Source: Octopus vulgaris (lineage: Eukaryota). Taken from it: a DNA stretch of 64,000 nt. The translations under genes were made by a program, and so were the position numbers. Of the stretch, positions 1 to 13,869 are shown piece by piece. The number at the start of each line of letters is the position of its first letter. Positions within the stretch are counted from its first letter, which is position 1. A model generated the notes under the pieces. It had not been told where the DNA came from and did no database searches. It saw nothing but the letters and a program-made list of their open reading frames with translations. Location: positions 52,452,001 through 52,516,000 of the forward strand of contig OX597822.1 of assembly GCA_951406725.2 (NCBI GenBank), read 5' to 3'.

Positions 1-540
1 ATACTCTCCTCAGAGTTTTTAAAAACATGTGACAATACAAGAGCAAAGTATATTGCAAAGACGGTGGGTGCATCAAGTTCTCGTTGCTTTACTCCATTTT
101 CCACGGCAAAAGATTCAGAGATCCTACCACCAAAGTTAACTCTAGCTTTCATATCTTGATGCAAAGCCCTGATCATGTTTACAAATTTTTCTGGGTAACG
201 TATTTTCCTTAGAATTAGCCACAGAGAATTTCGATTAACGGTATCGAATGCTTTGCTATAATCAACAAAGGTATAGAGCAAGATTCTGTTCAATGCACTT
301 TTCTTGTAATTGTCTGATAGTAAAGATACAATCAGCTGTGCCCCTGGAGGAACGAAAGCCACACTGAGACACAGACACTATATTTGGAACTATGAAGGTA
401 TTTAAACGTTCTAGCAAAATGCGGGCAAGTACCTTTCCAACCACAGACAAAAGCGAAATCCCATGAAAATTACCACACAGATCCTTTGGCCCCGATTTAT
501 ACAAGGAGACTAAAATGGCATCAATCCAGTCTTGAGATAT
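1..540 (-). mobile_element. RTE-clade LINE reverse transcriptase fragment
   Basis: ORF 262..651 contains WIDAILVSLYK...NFHGISLLSVVGKVLARILLERL...SQCGFRSSRGTADCIFTIRQLQEKCIEQN. Confidence 0.9.
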
Positions 541-590
541 GTATAAATATATATGTGTGTGTGTGTGTGTGTGTGTTTGGGTGTGTGCGC

Positions 591-632
<42 letters not shown>

Positions 633-865
633 AGGTTGAGTTCAATTTCATCCTTTACTTTGGAGGGTACCAAAGGGGCGATTTCTAACAAAGATTCCTC
701 ATATTTCGTTGGTAGCTTACTGGCGTAAGATTTTTGCGAATATCAAATTATTACATGTATATGGTGTGTGATGAGAATCTATGGAGAGGTAGCTCATAGA
801 AATTCAACAAACTGTTAAAGATGGAGAAAATAAGATGTTGAAATTTAAAAAGGAATTTTAATATA

Positions 866-972
866 TGCATACGATCGTTTCGAACAGCAATATTAACATG
901 TAAATAACATGGTAGAATAGTTAGAAATTAATTAAATTAAATTAATTACATATTACTGTTCTCCTCAGTGCA
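866..972 (-). ncRNA. Type I hammerhead ribozyme motif (Penelope-type, palindromic stem III)
   Basis: Minus strand reads tgca-CTGAGGA-GAACAG...CTGTTC-GAAA-CGATCG-TA-tgca. Core is intact, stems I and II pair, cleavage triplet is GUA. Confidence 0.8.
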
Positions 973-2194
973 AAAAAGAATACATCAAAAGATTATCATT
1001 ATTGTTACAGAAGACTTGATGGAAGAAGTAGCAAATAACATATTCGGATATACATATTTTATCCTTATGAATGATCAAGAGAATACTAAAAATGTGTTGT
1101 TCAGTCTAGTTGTGAAAAAGCTAAAACATTCCCTCTATATAAAAATAAGTAGTTAAGTGATATGCACTCCAAATAAAGCATTTATCAAGGAACTAAGATA
1201 GAGATGTCCAATGGGACAACATAGTTATATTTGAATTAGGATATGACTTGACAGTTATAAGTAATGTAAGGTATTGTGTATATTTCAAAGAAGTTATTTT
1301 TAAGAAAAAAGAAATTTTTGTGTGAGAATGAAAAATAAAAACAAGTTAATATAGTTTTTATTAGGCTACTTGAATGCAAACAAAAAAACGGAGTTCTTAG
1401 AGAATAGCTCTATATAATGGGAAAATTTTTTTAGTGTAAAAAACTTATATTCATTTGTGTGAATTAAATATATGATAAAGAAATAAAAATAAAAGTATAG
1501 CTCTTAATATTACAGAATTAAGATAGTAAATACTTGCAGTGGCTAAAAATATTGAAAAAAAAACACGTTCCAGGAAAATGAAAATGAAAGGTATTCGAAA
1601 GGCTAAGAAATTAAGAATGTGGGGGAAATACAGCTGAGACAAAGTCATAAGAATGTTTTTTTAAAAAGACATTATAATTATCGGTATTTGTAGGTTGACT
1701 ATGTTTTTGTATAAATAATTTTAAAATAGAATAAGAGTTGAGAATCCAGTTTGACATAAGGGAAGTGGGAAATCTATAGTAATATTATATAAATAATAAT
1801 TGTCTAACTGATATAAGATAGTAGTGAATTATGAATGTAAGAATTTTTTTATCTATGGAGTAAAGGGTGCAAATAAGTATATTAAAAATATGTCAAATAA
1901 TTCATATATAAAAAAAGTCTTATAAATGAAAAAACTTATATTGTATACTGATACATTAACAGAGAAAATATTATTATAAACAATAATATACATATGCATA
2001 TACATATATATTTATTTGTATGTCTGTCTGTCTGTCTATATATATATACATCTGTTGAGCATACGTATATGTGCAATCATTTTATAAATAAAAATATAAA
2101 ATATAAATCAGTGTTAATATATAGTTAATAAGCAGCAATATTAATAATAACAACAACAACAACAACAACAAAAATAATAATAATAATAATAATA

Positions 2195-2885
2195 TTGTTG
2201 GCATCCTTTTTGTCTCGGGAGATAATGGAGTTACGCATAAAATAGTCTAGTCCGGCTTTTACATTTCATGTCCTGATACATTTCCTGCTGTGGCTGTGTA
2301 GTCCTATCCTGGACAAACACTCCCTCTGGCAGGTACCGCAAATGTAGCGAAGACTGTTCCTGGCTGATTGTAATGCCATAGTTTCTTGTTGCCGTCTTTT
2401 CTTGTTTTTCCATTTCTCCTCTCTCTCTCTGTCACTCCTTTGTATTCCCTCTTTTACGGTACGTCGCCAATCTTCGCGGTTGCCGGCAACTGCCTCCCAA
2501 CCGCTAATATTGATGTTGCAGGCCTTCATGTCCCTTTTGCAAACATCCTTGTAACGTAAGAACGGTCTACCCACAGACCTAGTACCTCTAGCAAGCTCTC
2601 CGTAGAGTATGTCCTTGGGGATTCTGCCATCTTTCATACGGCTAACATGCCCAAGCCCTCTCATACGTCTTTGTGTGAGGAGTGCAAACATGCTTGGTAT
2701 TCCTGCTTGCTTGAGGACATCTTTGTTGGGGATATGATTCTGCCATTTGATGCGGAGGATTTTCCGGAGGCAGCGCAGGTGAAAGATGTTTGGCGTGTGT
2801 ATAGCGTCCAAGTCTCACTTCCATACAGTAGAGTGCTAAGTACACATGCCTGGTAGATCTTCATTTTCGTGGTCTTGGTCAGCTT
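2195..2885 (-). mobile_element. RTE (BovB-like) LINE 3' end, 5'-truncated
   Basis: KIYQACVLSTLLYGSETW...HLRCLRKILRIKW...GRIPKDILYGEL...CGTCQRECLSRIGLHSHSRKC, followed by a (TTA/TTG)n tail. Confidence 0.92.
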
Positions 2886-3332
2886 ATAAAATCAATTAGA
2901 TGTAAAAGACAAGGAGATAAATAACAACGATATCTATAAGTGCATAGATTTTGTAGAGGCACCAATAATTATTATATATTTGTGAGCGTATATCAGCTGT
3001 AAGATGTAATTAAATATTAGGTAGGTTGGCAAGTAACCTTAAACAATAATAAAACTGGAATAGTTAAGAGAGGTAGGTTTTAAAGTACATATTATACAAA
3101 CGGAATAGATTACCAGAAAGAAAGAAAAAAGAAAGGAAAAATAAAGAAAAAATATATATGAGCAAATTGGACACCAAGAAGCATTATAAGTGTTTTCATA
3201 TATCAGTTGTAAGAAGTAATTAAATATCAAATAGATTGGCAATTAAGATTAAATAATAATAATAATTGGAATAGACAAGAGAGGCGTGTATTTCAGTGCA
3301 TATTATGCAAAAGAAGCAAATTACAGAAAAGG

Positions 3333-3411
<79 letters not shown>

Positions 3412-3699
3412 AAGGAAGATCTAGAAATATATTGAGAGAAAGGGGGGTGTATGGAGATTTAGAAAAGATATTAGATTAATATAAGGTGGGTCATGTAGTT
3501 ATAAGAGGGAATGGCTAAGTAATATCCATATAGTATAAGATGAATTGATGTGCAGAGTATTATAAAATAATTATCTGATACCATAGAGAAGGTTAGTATA
3601 TAGAGAGAGGTATTTTAACAAAAAACTTTATTAGAAAGAGAAGGAAAATGATAATAAGAGTTAAGGTAGGGGGGAATATTATTTGAGATTATTAAAAAG

Positions 3700-4380
3700 A
3701 AATTTTGACATATATCTACATGAAAAAAAAATTTCATCTCTAGTATTAACAAGGAAACCATTCATTTTCATTATTTTATAACTCTCTTCTAAGCATAATT
3801 TACAGATTTTGCTATTATATCTATAAGATTGGGCTGAAGATAGTACTTTCCAAGAAATTGATTAATCTTTGTTGCTTCTTTTGAGCTGCCAAACTTTTTT
3901 GGATAGACCACTGTTATTCTCTTCTAGGGTCATTGAAGGATGATTTATGATTATTCATTATTAATTTTAAAGAATTCGTCGTACAGCCGATATATATATA
4001 TTTAGAGAGTTTATGGGTAATAATTGTTGCTTGGGATACTACTTCTTTCATTTTATAGTTTCCATCTACTTCACAAGTATTTGGGTTTCTACAATTACAA
4101 TTTAAATTATTAGTTGGTACTATGTTGTTATGTCTATATGTATTAAGGGTAATTGTGTTTTGGCTATTCTGATAATTGTAGTTATTAGTTATAGAATTTA
4201 TGGAGTTACTAGGTATATTAGAAGAAGTTTTATTATAATAGAATTGGTCCAGTTTCATATTGCTAATTGAAGAGATTATCCTAAATAGGCTAGGAGATAC
4301 TGAAAATCCAATTCTGATTTCTTATTATAAAATATTTTTGCATATTTAGAGTTTTTAAGATTTTTTAATATTTCTAATGG
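3700..4380 (-). mobile_element. Penelope-like element GIY-YIG endonuclease relic (Neptune-like)
   Basis: ORF 3914..4258 contains CNCRNPNTCEVDGNY...VVSQAT...YIYIGCTTNSLK..MNNHKSSF, a Zn motif plus GIY-YIG. It lies between (TA)n tracts. Confidence 0.8.
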
Positions 4381-4490
4381 ATCTAATATATATGTACAAA
4401 TATATATATATTATATATATATATATATACACATAAAAAAATATACATAAATATATATAATTATATATATAAATATATATGTATAAAGAC

Positions 4491-4544
<54 letters not shown>

Positions 4545-4904
4545 ATATATATATTCGCAATTGTCTATAGACTGCGTTTGGCAACGGATGCAGAAATGGC
4601 TGTAAGATTTATTATGTCATGCTTTGTATTAAAAAAACAAGCTATAAATGTGGTCCAGTGGATGTGTTTGTTAATCTGAGGATTTCTCCATTTTCTGATT
4701 ATTTGTATTTGTTTCCTGATAAACTATTTTTTATTCTGTTGTTACCTGTACTCTATGAGCATAGTGTGCCTGCACACCAATGCCCGGGGATAACACGGGT
4801 AACAGATACCGGTAGTACGTACGGATATTTTATCCCTTAGTCGGTTATTATAACCGCTAACTCTGTTTACACTATATATATATATATGGATAGATAGATA
4901 GAGA

Positions 4905-4964
<60 letters not shown>

Positions 4965-5146
4965 CGGAAAGCTTTATGAAAATAGACAACACACGAAGGC
5001 AGGTGGAAAACAAACGAACAATTGTATTAGTATGGCGCTCAGGAAATATAAATATATATATATATATGAATATATATGTGTGTATGTGTGTGTGTGTGTG
5101 GTAAATGAAAGCCGGAAGATAGAATCTACGACAATTTATTATTAAT

Positions 5147-5248
5147 CACGACAATTGTTTCGACACATCTAGCATCGATCCCTCACGGGTGGGACACTAA
5201 ACAACTGGTTCAGGAAAATCCGGTGGTGTGCATGTGTCGCATTAGGTG
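5147..5248 (-). ncRNA. Degenerate hammerhead ribozyme motif
   Basis: cac-CTAATGC-GACACAT...ATGTGTC-GAAA-CAATTG-TC-gtg. Stems and GUC site are intact, with two core substitutions. Confidence 0.6.
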
Positions 5249-5805
5249 TTAAATCGATACAACTCGTTCAAATAACAGTTCCGCAATGTAACTATTTATT
5301 TCGTAGAAAGAAAAGCAGCAAAACAAAGGGAATGTATTCCATCTTTAAACTCCATCCTGTCAAAACCTCAAAAGTAAAATTCTCCAATTTTGAAAGTCTA
5401 CCCTGAAGACGGACGCGGATCAATCCGAGGGGAGACTTTTAAAATTGGAGAATTTTAATTTTAAATCCAAGTATCTATAATTATTCCGGATCAGTAAGTA
5501 CCCAGAAACAGCTTTTGGACTCGTAAAACATTACCCATTTCACTCCTAATATTATTTATATTCTGTAAGTTGGACTATTTTATATCCATACACATGAAAA
5601 TTTTTTCTATTAAATATATTTAATATCCTGTGTAAATCGACTTCCCTTACTTACTTGTCATTACATTTACTCATCTACCGGCTCAATTTCAAATCTCTTG
5701 AGAATTTTGAAGTGTATTCTATACAGAGAGCACCTGTCTCTAACATACATACACACACGCACACACACACACATATACACATACACACACACATACACAC
5801 ACACA

Positions 5806-5852
<47 letters not shown>

Positions 5853-6383
5853 TATTTTGAAGATAAAATTTAAATACAAATAAATTTTAAAGAAGTGCAA
5901 AAGAAACTCAGAAAAGCTACATATGTTCGATTCTGGCTCCTTAAAATGCCTAATTCGAAGCATTTTGGTCAAATCCAATGCTGAGAATTGGTTATCATTT
6001 TGAACTGTATGGGGTAGAATCTTTTCAGAGATTTCTTTGCCTTTATATTTATATAAAACGAAGGTTACATCTTCCTTGAAGAGATTCAAATAAAAAACTA
6101 AGGAAGTTTAAAGTTATATCTTGTATGTTGTGTGTATGTAGTTTCAAAGGTAAAAAATAAATATAAAATAAAAATAGATGTTAAAATATAAATATTAAAA
6201 TAATGACATATCTGTAAGGGAAAATAATTATGTAATAAAAATAAATCTAAAAAATACAAATCTAATAAAATCAAATTTAATCGTTTATATATATGTTAGT
6301 ATATACTCAAGTTTAAATTATCTAGCCGTTAAGAGAGATATCTATCAAGTTAATATATTTGCACGAAGACCTCTATACAATTA

Positions 6384-6439
<56 letters not shown>

Positions 6440-7043
6440 TAAACCTCTGTTAGATTGTATATATTTGTAAATAATTCCAGATCTGTTCAAAAAGAGGTGA
6501 AATAAGGGTATAAAGAGAATAAATTAAAATAAAGATAAAATAATAACCTATACTTTATATTATAATAGAAAATATTTAAAAAAACATTAAAAACATTAAA
6601 AACATTAAGAATTCATAACATTTAGATTACTTATTTATATACTGAGCAATTGCGCATTACCTTACAACTTGATATGTATTATGTGTATTACGTCATTGAG
6701 TCGTTTGCTTAAAGAAAAACGAACGAAATATTTTATAGTCCTGTCAGTTCGATCAAATATCTATTAGAAGTTTATTTAAAACCAAATTAATTTGTATAAA
6801 TGTTAAAGGTTACTTAAAATAAATTCTATTTATTTTGTTATACAACTCAATATAATTAAATAAAATAAATTAATCTTATATATTTATATATTAAATGTTT
6901 GAAATACGATATTATGCTTATGCTAAAATTATGTACATTGAGGTAAAATATCTTTTATTTTTATTAACTGAAATAATAATAATAAATGAATGATTATATA
7001 TATATATAATATATATATGCGTATACCGACCATTTGTCATATA

Positions 7044-7079
<36 letters not shown>

Positions 7080-7199
7080 TGTATGTATGTATGTATGTAT
7101 GTATGTAGGTATGTATGTATGTATGTATATATATATGCATGTATGTATGTATGTATGTATGTATGTATATATATATATATGTGTGTATTATATTATATA

Positions 7200-7700
7200 C
7201 TAGCATTAAGACCCGTCGTTGCCGGGTCATAATAAGGTCTTTTCTAAAGGCATCTAATATCTCTCTATCAACCTTTAAGGAAACAGTCAATTCATTATCT
7301 CTACATGACCCATTACGTCAGATGGGCAGTCAAGCAGACAGGCAGACAGACAAACAAATAAATATAAAGGTTGACATGCATACAGACGTACACACATATA
7401 GACATACATAAGTACAGAGACAGACAGACATACGTACGTACATTCATACAGACATACATAAATACATACATGCATATACATACATACATACATACATACA
7501 TACATACATACATACATACATACATACATACATACATACATACATACATACATACATCTAGACAGACAGACGTAAACTCTAAAAAGACCGCCTTAGCATT
7601 TTTCAGTCGACCAATTCTTGTGACCAATTCTTTATTGACGACTTACCAAATCAGACTGCGTTAATCCAAGCAACATTCTTGCCAATTGTTTATCATCGAT
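7200..7700 (-). mobile_element. Degenerate LINE RT C-terminal fragment split by (ATAC)n
   Basis: NKELVTRIGRLKNAKAVF...LTVSLKV resembles the RTE-type 'EI..RI.KA...F..L' region. Confidence 0.4.
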
Positions 7701-8021
7701 TAGGTCAACTAATTTTAGATTTTCATTGAAACATATTGCAAAGTTTTTCACTCAAACATCATCACCACATCATTATCGTCACCATGAGTACATCATCATC
7801 GCCGTCATCGTCATGGTTATCACCACTTCATCATCAACACTTCATCATCGTCATCATCATCATCATCATCGTCATCATCATCGTCATCATTGGTGTTATT
7901 GTTGTTATTCTCAATATGTTTGTCACTTAACTGATTACTTATGATCTGCGATTTACAGTATATAACTTAGACTTATAATTTCAAATAAGGAGCTCCAGCG
8001 AGTATTTTAAGTTTACTTCTA

Positions 8022-8414
<393 letters not shown>

Positions 8415-9090
8415 TTCCCATGTCAAAAGCAAGAGTTTTATATTAATGCCCAAAGTGAAAATTCAAAGAGCATTATCACAAAGCCCTTCAAGGAGAATAA
8501 TTCTGGTAGATTCTGTCAGAGGTAAGACATTTCACCCGTGTATTTCCGTTACAAAGACTATAAAGATGATGTTTCAAGTAATACATCTATGCAGAACTGC
8601 CATCATTATTTAAAAGCAAAATGGCCACTAAACTTGTATCTATATTCGTTAGTTACACAGTGATGACCTGAACGCCTCTCATATACCTCACGGAGTTCTG
8701 CACGTTCTCTAACTACAAAATTTCACCAGAGTGCATAGTAGAACACATTTGTCCAAAGTGCTGTTTCGCTCCGTGGGATTAAAAGCAAACCACATGATTG
8801 CAAAGAAAATTTCCTTAACCACACAGCTTTTGTCGTATATTTTGCAACCAAATAAACTTTTTTCTTGTAATTTATTCAACATATAGTTTACGATAGAAGT
8901 TTTGACGATGAATTGTTCAGGCGTATTGTCTTTCAATGTTGAATAAGTCAAATTTGAACATCAATTTTTCAGTTGAACGAATTTTTATTTCTATCGTTTT
9001 CCAGAGGTGTTGCTTTTAGCTTATTCTACTTTTGTGACGTCAATCACAGCTGTTTTACTAACCACCTGTTTGTTACTCACTTCTCTCTCC

Positions 9091-9131
<41 letters not shown>

Positions 9132-9319
9132 TTTCTTTCTTTCTTTCTACCCCTCTTTGTTTTTTCTCAGTATATAGGAATGTTTCTGTGAGATATATCT
9201 CCAATAAAACACTAAATTGTAAAACTTGAACCTGCATAAATATACTTTAGTAACACAACAATGAGCTGAACTCCTGCTTGGTTCCTAGTCACAACTGAGC
9301 CATCATAGTGTTTCTCTAT

Positions 9320-10000
9320 GAAGCATCACCAATTGGCCTTCCTTGACGGACTAATAACAAATTGGGTATTCACGACATTCGTGTATCGCGAGTCCACTTT
9401 CACAAGACAATACTTGAATTTTGGCTCCCACCATCCAAACAACATGAAAAAAAGGAGCTGTCCCATGTCTACAACATCCAGGAAAAGAGTAACCTAGACA
9501 TATAACAAGAGATGATCAGGATTAGAAAGACCACTCAGAAGAATAACAATCTGGCAAGTGTAATACCAACTTCAAAAGCAGGGTGAAATGGTCGAGAAAG
9601 TCAATCAGAAAATTGCCACTATATCTTTACCTTACATTTGAGGTGTTGTGTACATCTGCGGTTTATACATTATAAAACATACTCCAAAAAATTTTGTTTT
9701 TGAGGGTATTAAGCTCTCCTTAATAAAGCTACATTAAAAAGACTCGAGATCAAGATTTTTATATATCGCATCCTATGCAGTTATAGCTGTGCATATAAAG
9801 TTGAGGCCAACCAACCCTAGGAATAAAACGAAAGGAACATTGTAAAGCCGTAACCCGTGAGAAGTTGAGACGAATCAGGGATTACTGGTTATCTGTGAAG
9901 ATAAAAGGGAAGTTTCCAAAGTAAAGTGAAGATAGTCGATGGGGAACAACAGTAGAAAAGAAGATCGCTGAAAGAATCAGCGGATATGCTAGACTTTGAT
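9320..10000 (+). mobile_element. Degenerate Penelope-like element (RT thumb plus GIY-YIG)
   Basis: Hand translation gives LAFLDGLI...VYRESTFTRQYLNFGSHHP, then LPYI, then YRILCSYSCAY...RKEH, with stops and frameshifts. Confidence 0.7.
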
Positions 10001-10424
10001 AGTCTCTTCATTCGATATAAAGTATCACTCATGAATGGGGTCGATTTTTCTCTTTCCTCACTCTTTCTGTCTAACCGCCTGTCTGACATTCTCTCTCATG
10101 GAAGAACTGACTGCGGTTAGATCTGAAGAGGGGTGGAATCAGCTAAATCTGACATACTGTATATCACTACGGCATCCTTATGATTTCATCAAGGAGTTAA
10201 GGTCCCAGCACAATGCAAGTGTATTTAGGACTACATCATCCAATGCGCCCCACTTTCTTTAAGACCTTAGAGTATAATTCGAAAGGGCTGGGACTATCGT
10301 TTCTAGCAGTTTGAGTGACCATGTGCAGGTTTCTTCGTTAGCTCAGAGGCATACCAAAGGTCTATTTAGTCAGAGCTTAACTACGGGTTAAAAAAACAAA
10401 CGCTGGTCACTTTACAGTAGTGCC

Positions 10425-10831
10425 ACTCTTTTACTCTTTTACTCTTTTACTTGTTTCAGTCATTTGACTTCGGCCATGCTGGAGCACCGCCTTTAGTCGA
10501 GCAAATCGACCTCGGGACTTATTCTTTGTAAACCCAGTACTTATTCTATCGGTCTCTTTTGCCGAACCGCTAAGTTGCGGCGACGTAAACACACCAGCAT
10601 CGGTTGTCAAGCAATTCTAGAGGGACAAACACAGACAAATTTATACACACACATACATATATCTATATACATATATACGACAGGCTTCTTTCAGTTTCCG
10701 TCTACCAAATCCACTCACAAGGCATTGGTCGGCCCGGGGCTATAGCAGAAGACACTTGCCCAAGATGCCACGCAGTGGGACTGAACCCGGAACCATGTGG
10801 CTGGTTAGCAAGCTACTTACCACACAGCCAC
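10425..10831 (-). mobile_element. SINE family A (tRNA head, TTGGGCAAG CORE-like motif, internal TA/TG tract, (GTAAAAGA)n tail)
   Basis: Near-identical to other copies in the window, with Pol III A and B boxes. Confidence 0.92.
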
Positions 10832-10897
10832 ATTTGTAATGACACAACCTTTTGGTCGTCCATCAACTGGGTTGTACACACACACACACCTTTCTCG

Positions 10898-10930
<33 letters not shown>

Positions 10931-11704
10931 GCTCTCTCTATCTCTATCTCTATCTATCTGTCTGTCTATCTATCTATTTGTCTAACTCTCTATTTATTTA
11001 CCTTTCCTTTTTTCCTCTCATTTTTCTTGTTCTGGCTATCGTTTTCTTAATCCATTTCGTTCTCCATACAACCATACACACACTCCTTCTTCATACTTTC
11101 TCTCTCCCTCTCTCTCCCTCTCTCTCCCTCTCTCTCCCCCTCTCTATTTCTTTCTTTCCTTCTGTCTGTCTCTTTTTCTCTATCTATCGTTTATCTCGTC
11201 TCATCATTTTATCTATCCATTTGTTCTCTAATCGTCCAACTCTCTTTAAACACAAATGCACACCAACATGCGCACGCATACACACACACACATTCACATA
11301 CATATATACACACACTCACATATACAAACATATATACACACATACATACACAAACACACACAAAGACACACACACACACACACACACACACGCATCACAA
11401 GCTCAACACACATTGACATAAGTACGACCTGCTCGCTTTCTCTTATTCGACAAAACCATAATGGACAGTATCCTTTTTCACTGAAATCTTTATCTGAACA
11501 CCGACCTAATATAAAACAATATATACATTAAACAATATATAAACTCGTGCTTAAGGTATCACAGATTTCCTTCCAACGCCAGATTTACCATGGTGCAGAT
11601 GGTAAATCGTTGTAATTTTTATGAATGAAAAATAGACAGAAAAGTTGTATTTTTCCTGTTGTCCCGATTATAAGTAAATAACTTGCATTTACATACTGTT
11701 TTTA

Positions 11705-12080
11705 ATCTCTTTTATCTCTTTTACTTGTTTCAGTCATTTAACTGCGGCCATGCTGGAGCACCGCCTTTAGTCGAGCAAATCGACCCCAGGACTTATTCTT
11801 TATAAGCCTAATCGTAAACACACCAGCATCGGTTGTCAAGCGATGTTGGGGGGACAAACACAGACACACAAATGCACACACACACATACCCACACATATA
11901 TATATATACATATATACGACGGGCTTCTTTCAGTTTCCGTCTACCAAATCCACACACAAGGCTTTGGTCGGCCCGAGGCTATAGCAGAAGACACTTACCC
12001 AAGGTGCCACGCAGTGGGAATGAACCCGGAACAATGTGGTTGGTAAGCAAGCTACTTATCACACAGCCACTCCTGCGCCT
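11705..12080 (-). mobile_element. SINE family A (internal deletion)
   Basis: Same head, core and tail as 10425-10831. Confidence 0.92.
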
Positions 12081-12630
12081 GTTAAATAAAATAAATTTTA
12101 AATAAGTGCAGTGAACAGATACGTTTTTTTCATATTTTTCCTGTTCTGCGTGCACTCTGTTATTACTCAGTCTGGCAGGCGTCCGCACGCATAAGCAAAT
12201 ATTTTGTTTGTTGATTTCTATAAACAAGATCCTGTACTCTTGTTAGGTTCATTGATCCGGCGGGGTAGGTTTCACCGTGAAGACACACAATAAAGGCGAA
12301 ACACCTTGTTTGATTCTGCGTTATTTACGTTTGATTCTGCCAAAATGCATTAAGAATGAACAGATACAATATTGCTTGGAATTTTGCTGTCTTGCATACA
12401 CTCTATGAATTATTTTTTAACAAAACATTGAATTTAATATAGTTGTGGCACCTGACTTAGGAGATGTCCTAGAAAGATTAATTTTTAAATTATTATTTAA
12501 AGACCTAACAACCAAAAGTCGAAGAAGAAGTATTGTTGGGCTGCGATGTGGGAGTCTGTTGGCTTTAATTCGAGCTTGTATGAACAGAAAAGGCTTTGAA
12601 TGTTAAACATAAAGCAAAGTTTTTACTTAC

Positions 12631-12785
12631 AATGCCTTGGTATGTTAAATTTCCATTTTTCAAGCCGAAGAATTGTCCGGAACTCGCCATGGTCAACTGA
12701 CGGCTGTGTTTTTTATCGGTTAAATCTTTGGAGACTCCTGTTAGTCTACAACTTCCCTTTTCACTATTGATGTTGTATGCTACAT
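12631..12785 (-). CDS. Coding exon 7 (gene continues, next exon not found in window)
   Basis: Acceptor TTTTACTTTCTAG, donor ATT|GTAAGT, 155 nt, phase 1-0. Encodes DVAYNINSEKGSCRLTGVSKDLTDKKHSRQLTMASSGQFFGLKNGNLTYQGI. Confidence 0.88.
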
Positions 12786-12964
12786 CTAGAAAGTAAAATT
12801 AAAGAGTTTTAGAATCAGGTGACAAATAAAGCAGTTCATTTTACACAAGAATTTTTCTTCATTCTTAATATTTATTAATAAAGTCAGTTATTCAGATTCT
12901 TTTTAGATATTGATTCTCCTACTTTAACCATTGGTAAAGTCCTTCATACACTCATTTACCATTG

Positions 12965-13351
12965 GGGATTGGAAGCACTCCGTCGGTTACGACGATGAGG
13001 GTTCCGGTTGATCCGATCAACGGAACAGCCTGCTCGTGAAATTAACGTGTAAGTGGCTGAGCACTCCACAGACACGTGTACCCTTAACGTAGTTCTCGGG
13101 GATATTCAGCGTGACACAGAGAGTGACAAGGCCGGCCCTTTGAAATACAGGTACAACAGAAACAGGAAGTAAGAGTGAGAGAAAGTTGCAGTGAAAGAGT
13201 ACAGCAGGGATCACCACCATCCCTGCCGGAGCCTCGTGGAGCTTTAGGTGTTTTCGCTCAATAAACACTCACAACGCCCGGTCTGGGAATCGAAATCGCG
13301 ATCCTACGACCGCGAGTCCGCTGCCCTAACCACTGGGCCATTGTGCCTCCA
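12965..13351 (-). mobile_element. SINE family C (tRNA-derived head)
   Basis: Head GGAGGCACAATGGCCCAGTGGTTAGG...GATTTCGATTCCC is shared with 54870. Flanked by ATTTACCAT repeats. Confidence 0.85.
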
Positions 13352-13869
13352 CAATTTACCATACAACTATAAGGCATGCAGAATGCTAATACAGTCGTTA
13401 CATATCTAGCGTTCGTTCGAATTTCATCACTTATAGTCAAGGGTGGTGGTAGTGGTAGTGAGTTTTTATGATGGTATGTGGTACAGAAACATTTGTGGGG
13501 CAGGTAACAATGGAAACGTTACTTGTTGTGTACCAAGTTGAGTACCAAGTTATTCAATTGTTTGGCGAAATTCAACTGTCTTCCTGCAATACCCACTCCA
13601 GAAATTGACTTTAGCACCGCGAGCCATTCTAATGTCTTTACGAATGTACAATATTAAAACTTATGCTAAGGAACTGCACGAACCATTAATGTAGAAAGTT
13701 GTATGTTTTGGTCGGGCAAAATACAGGATGTGACACTTGCTTTTTGACAAATACGAACGAAATGGCATTTTATACGATATACAGGTTTATACATGTGTGT
13801 GCGCGCGCATGCATTTGTGTATATATCCTCCCCCATACTACTCTTTCCTCTCTCTCTCTCTCTCTCTCT

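Noticed and set aside
1000-2000. Possible decayed Penelope RT upstream of the 866-972 hammerhead
   Set aside because: Only faint motif echoes (LSQLY, AFR), too degenerate to call without a profile search.
7641-7740. GTAAGT donor suggesting coding exon 8
   Set aside because: The peptide lacks the expected RGIxCxxW continuation, there is no clear acceptor, and it adjoins a LINE relic.
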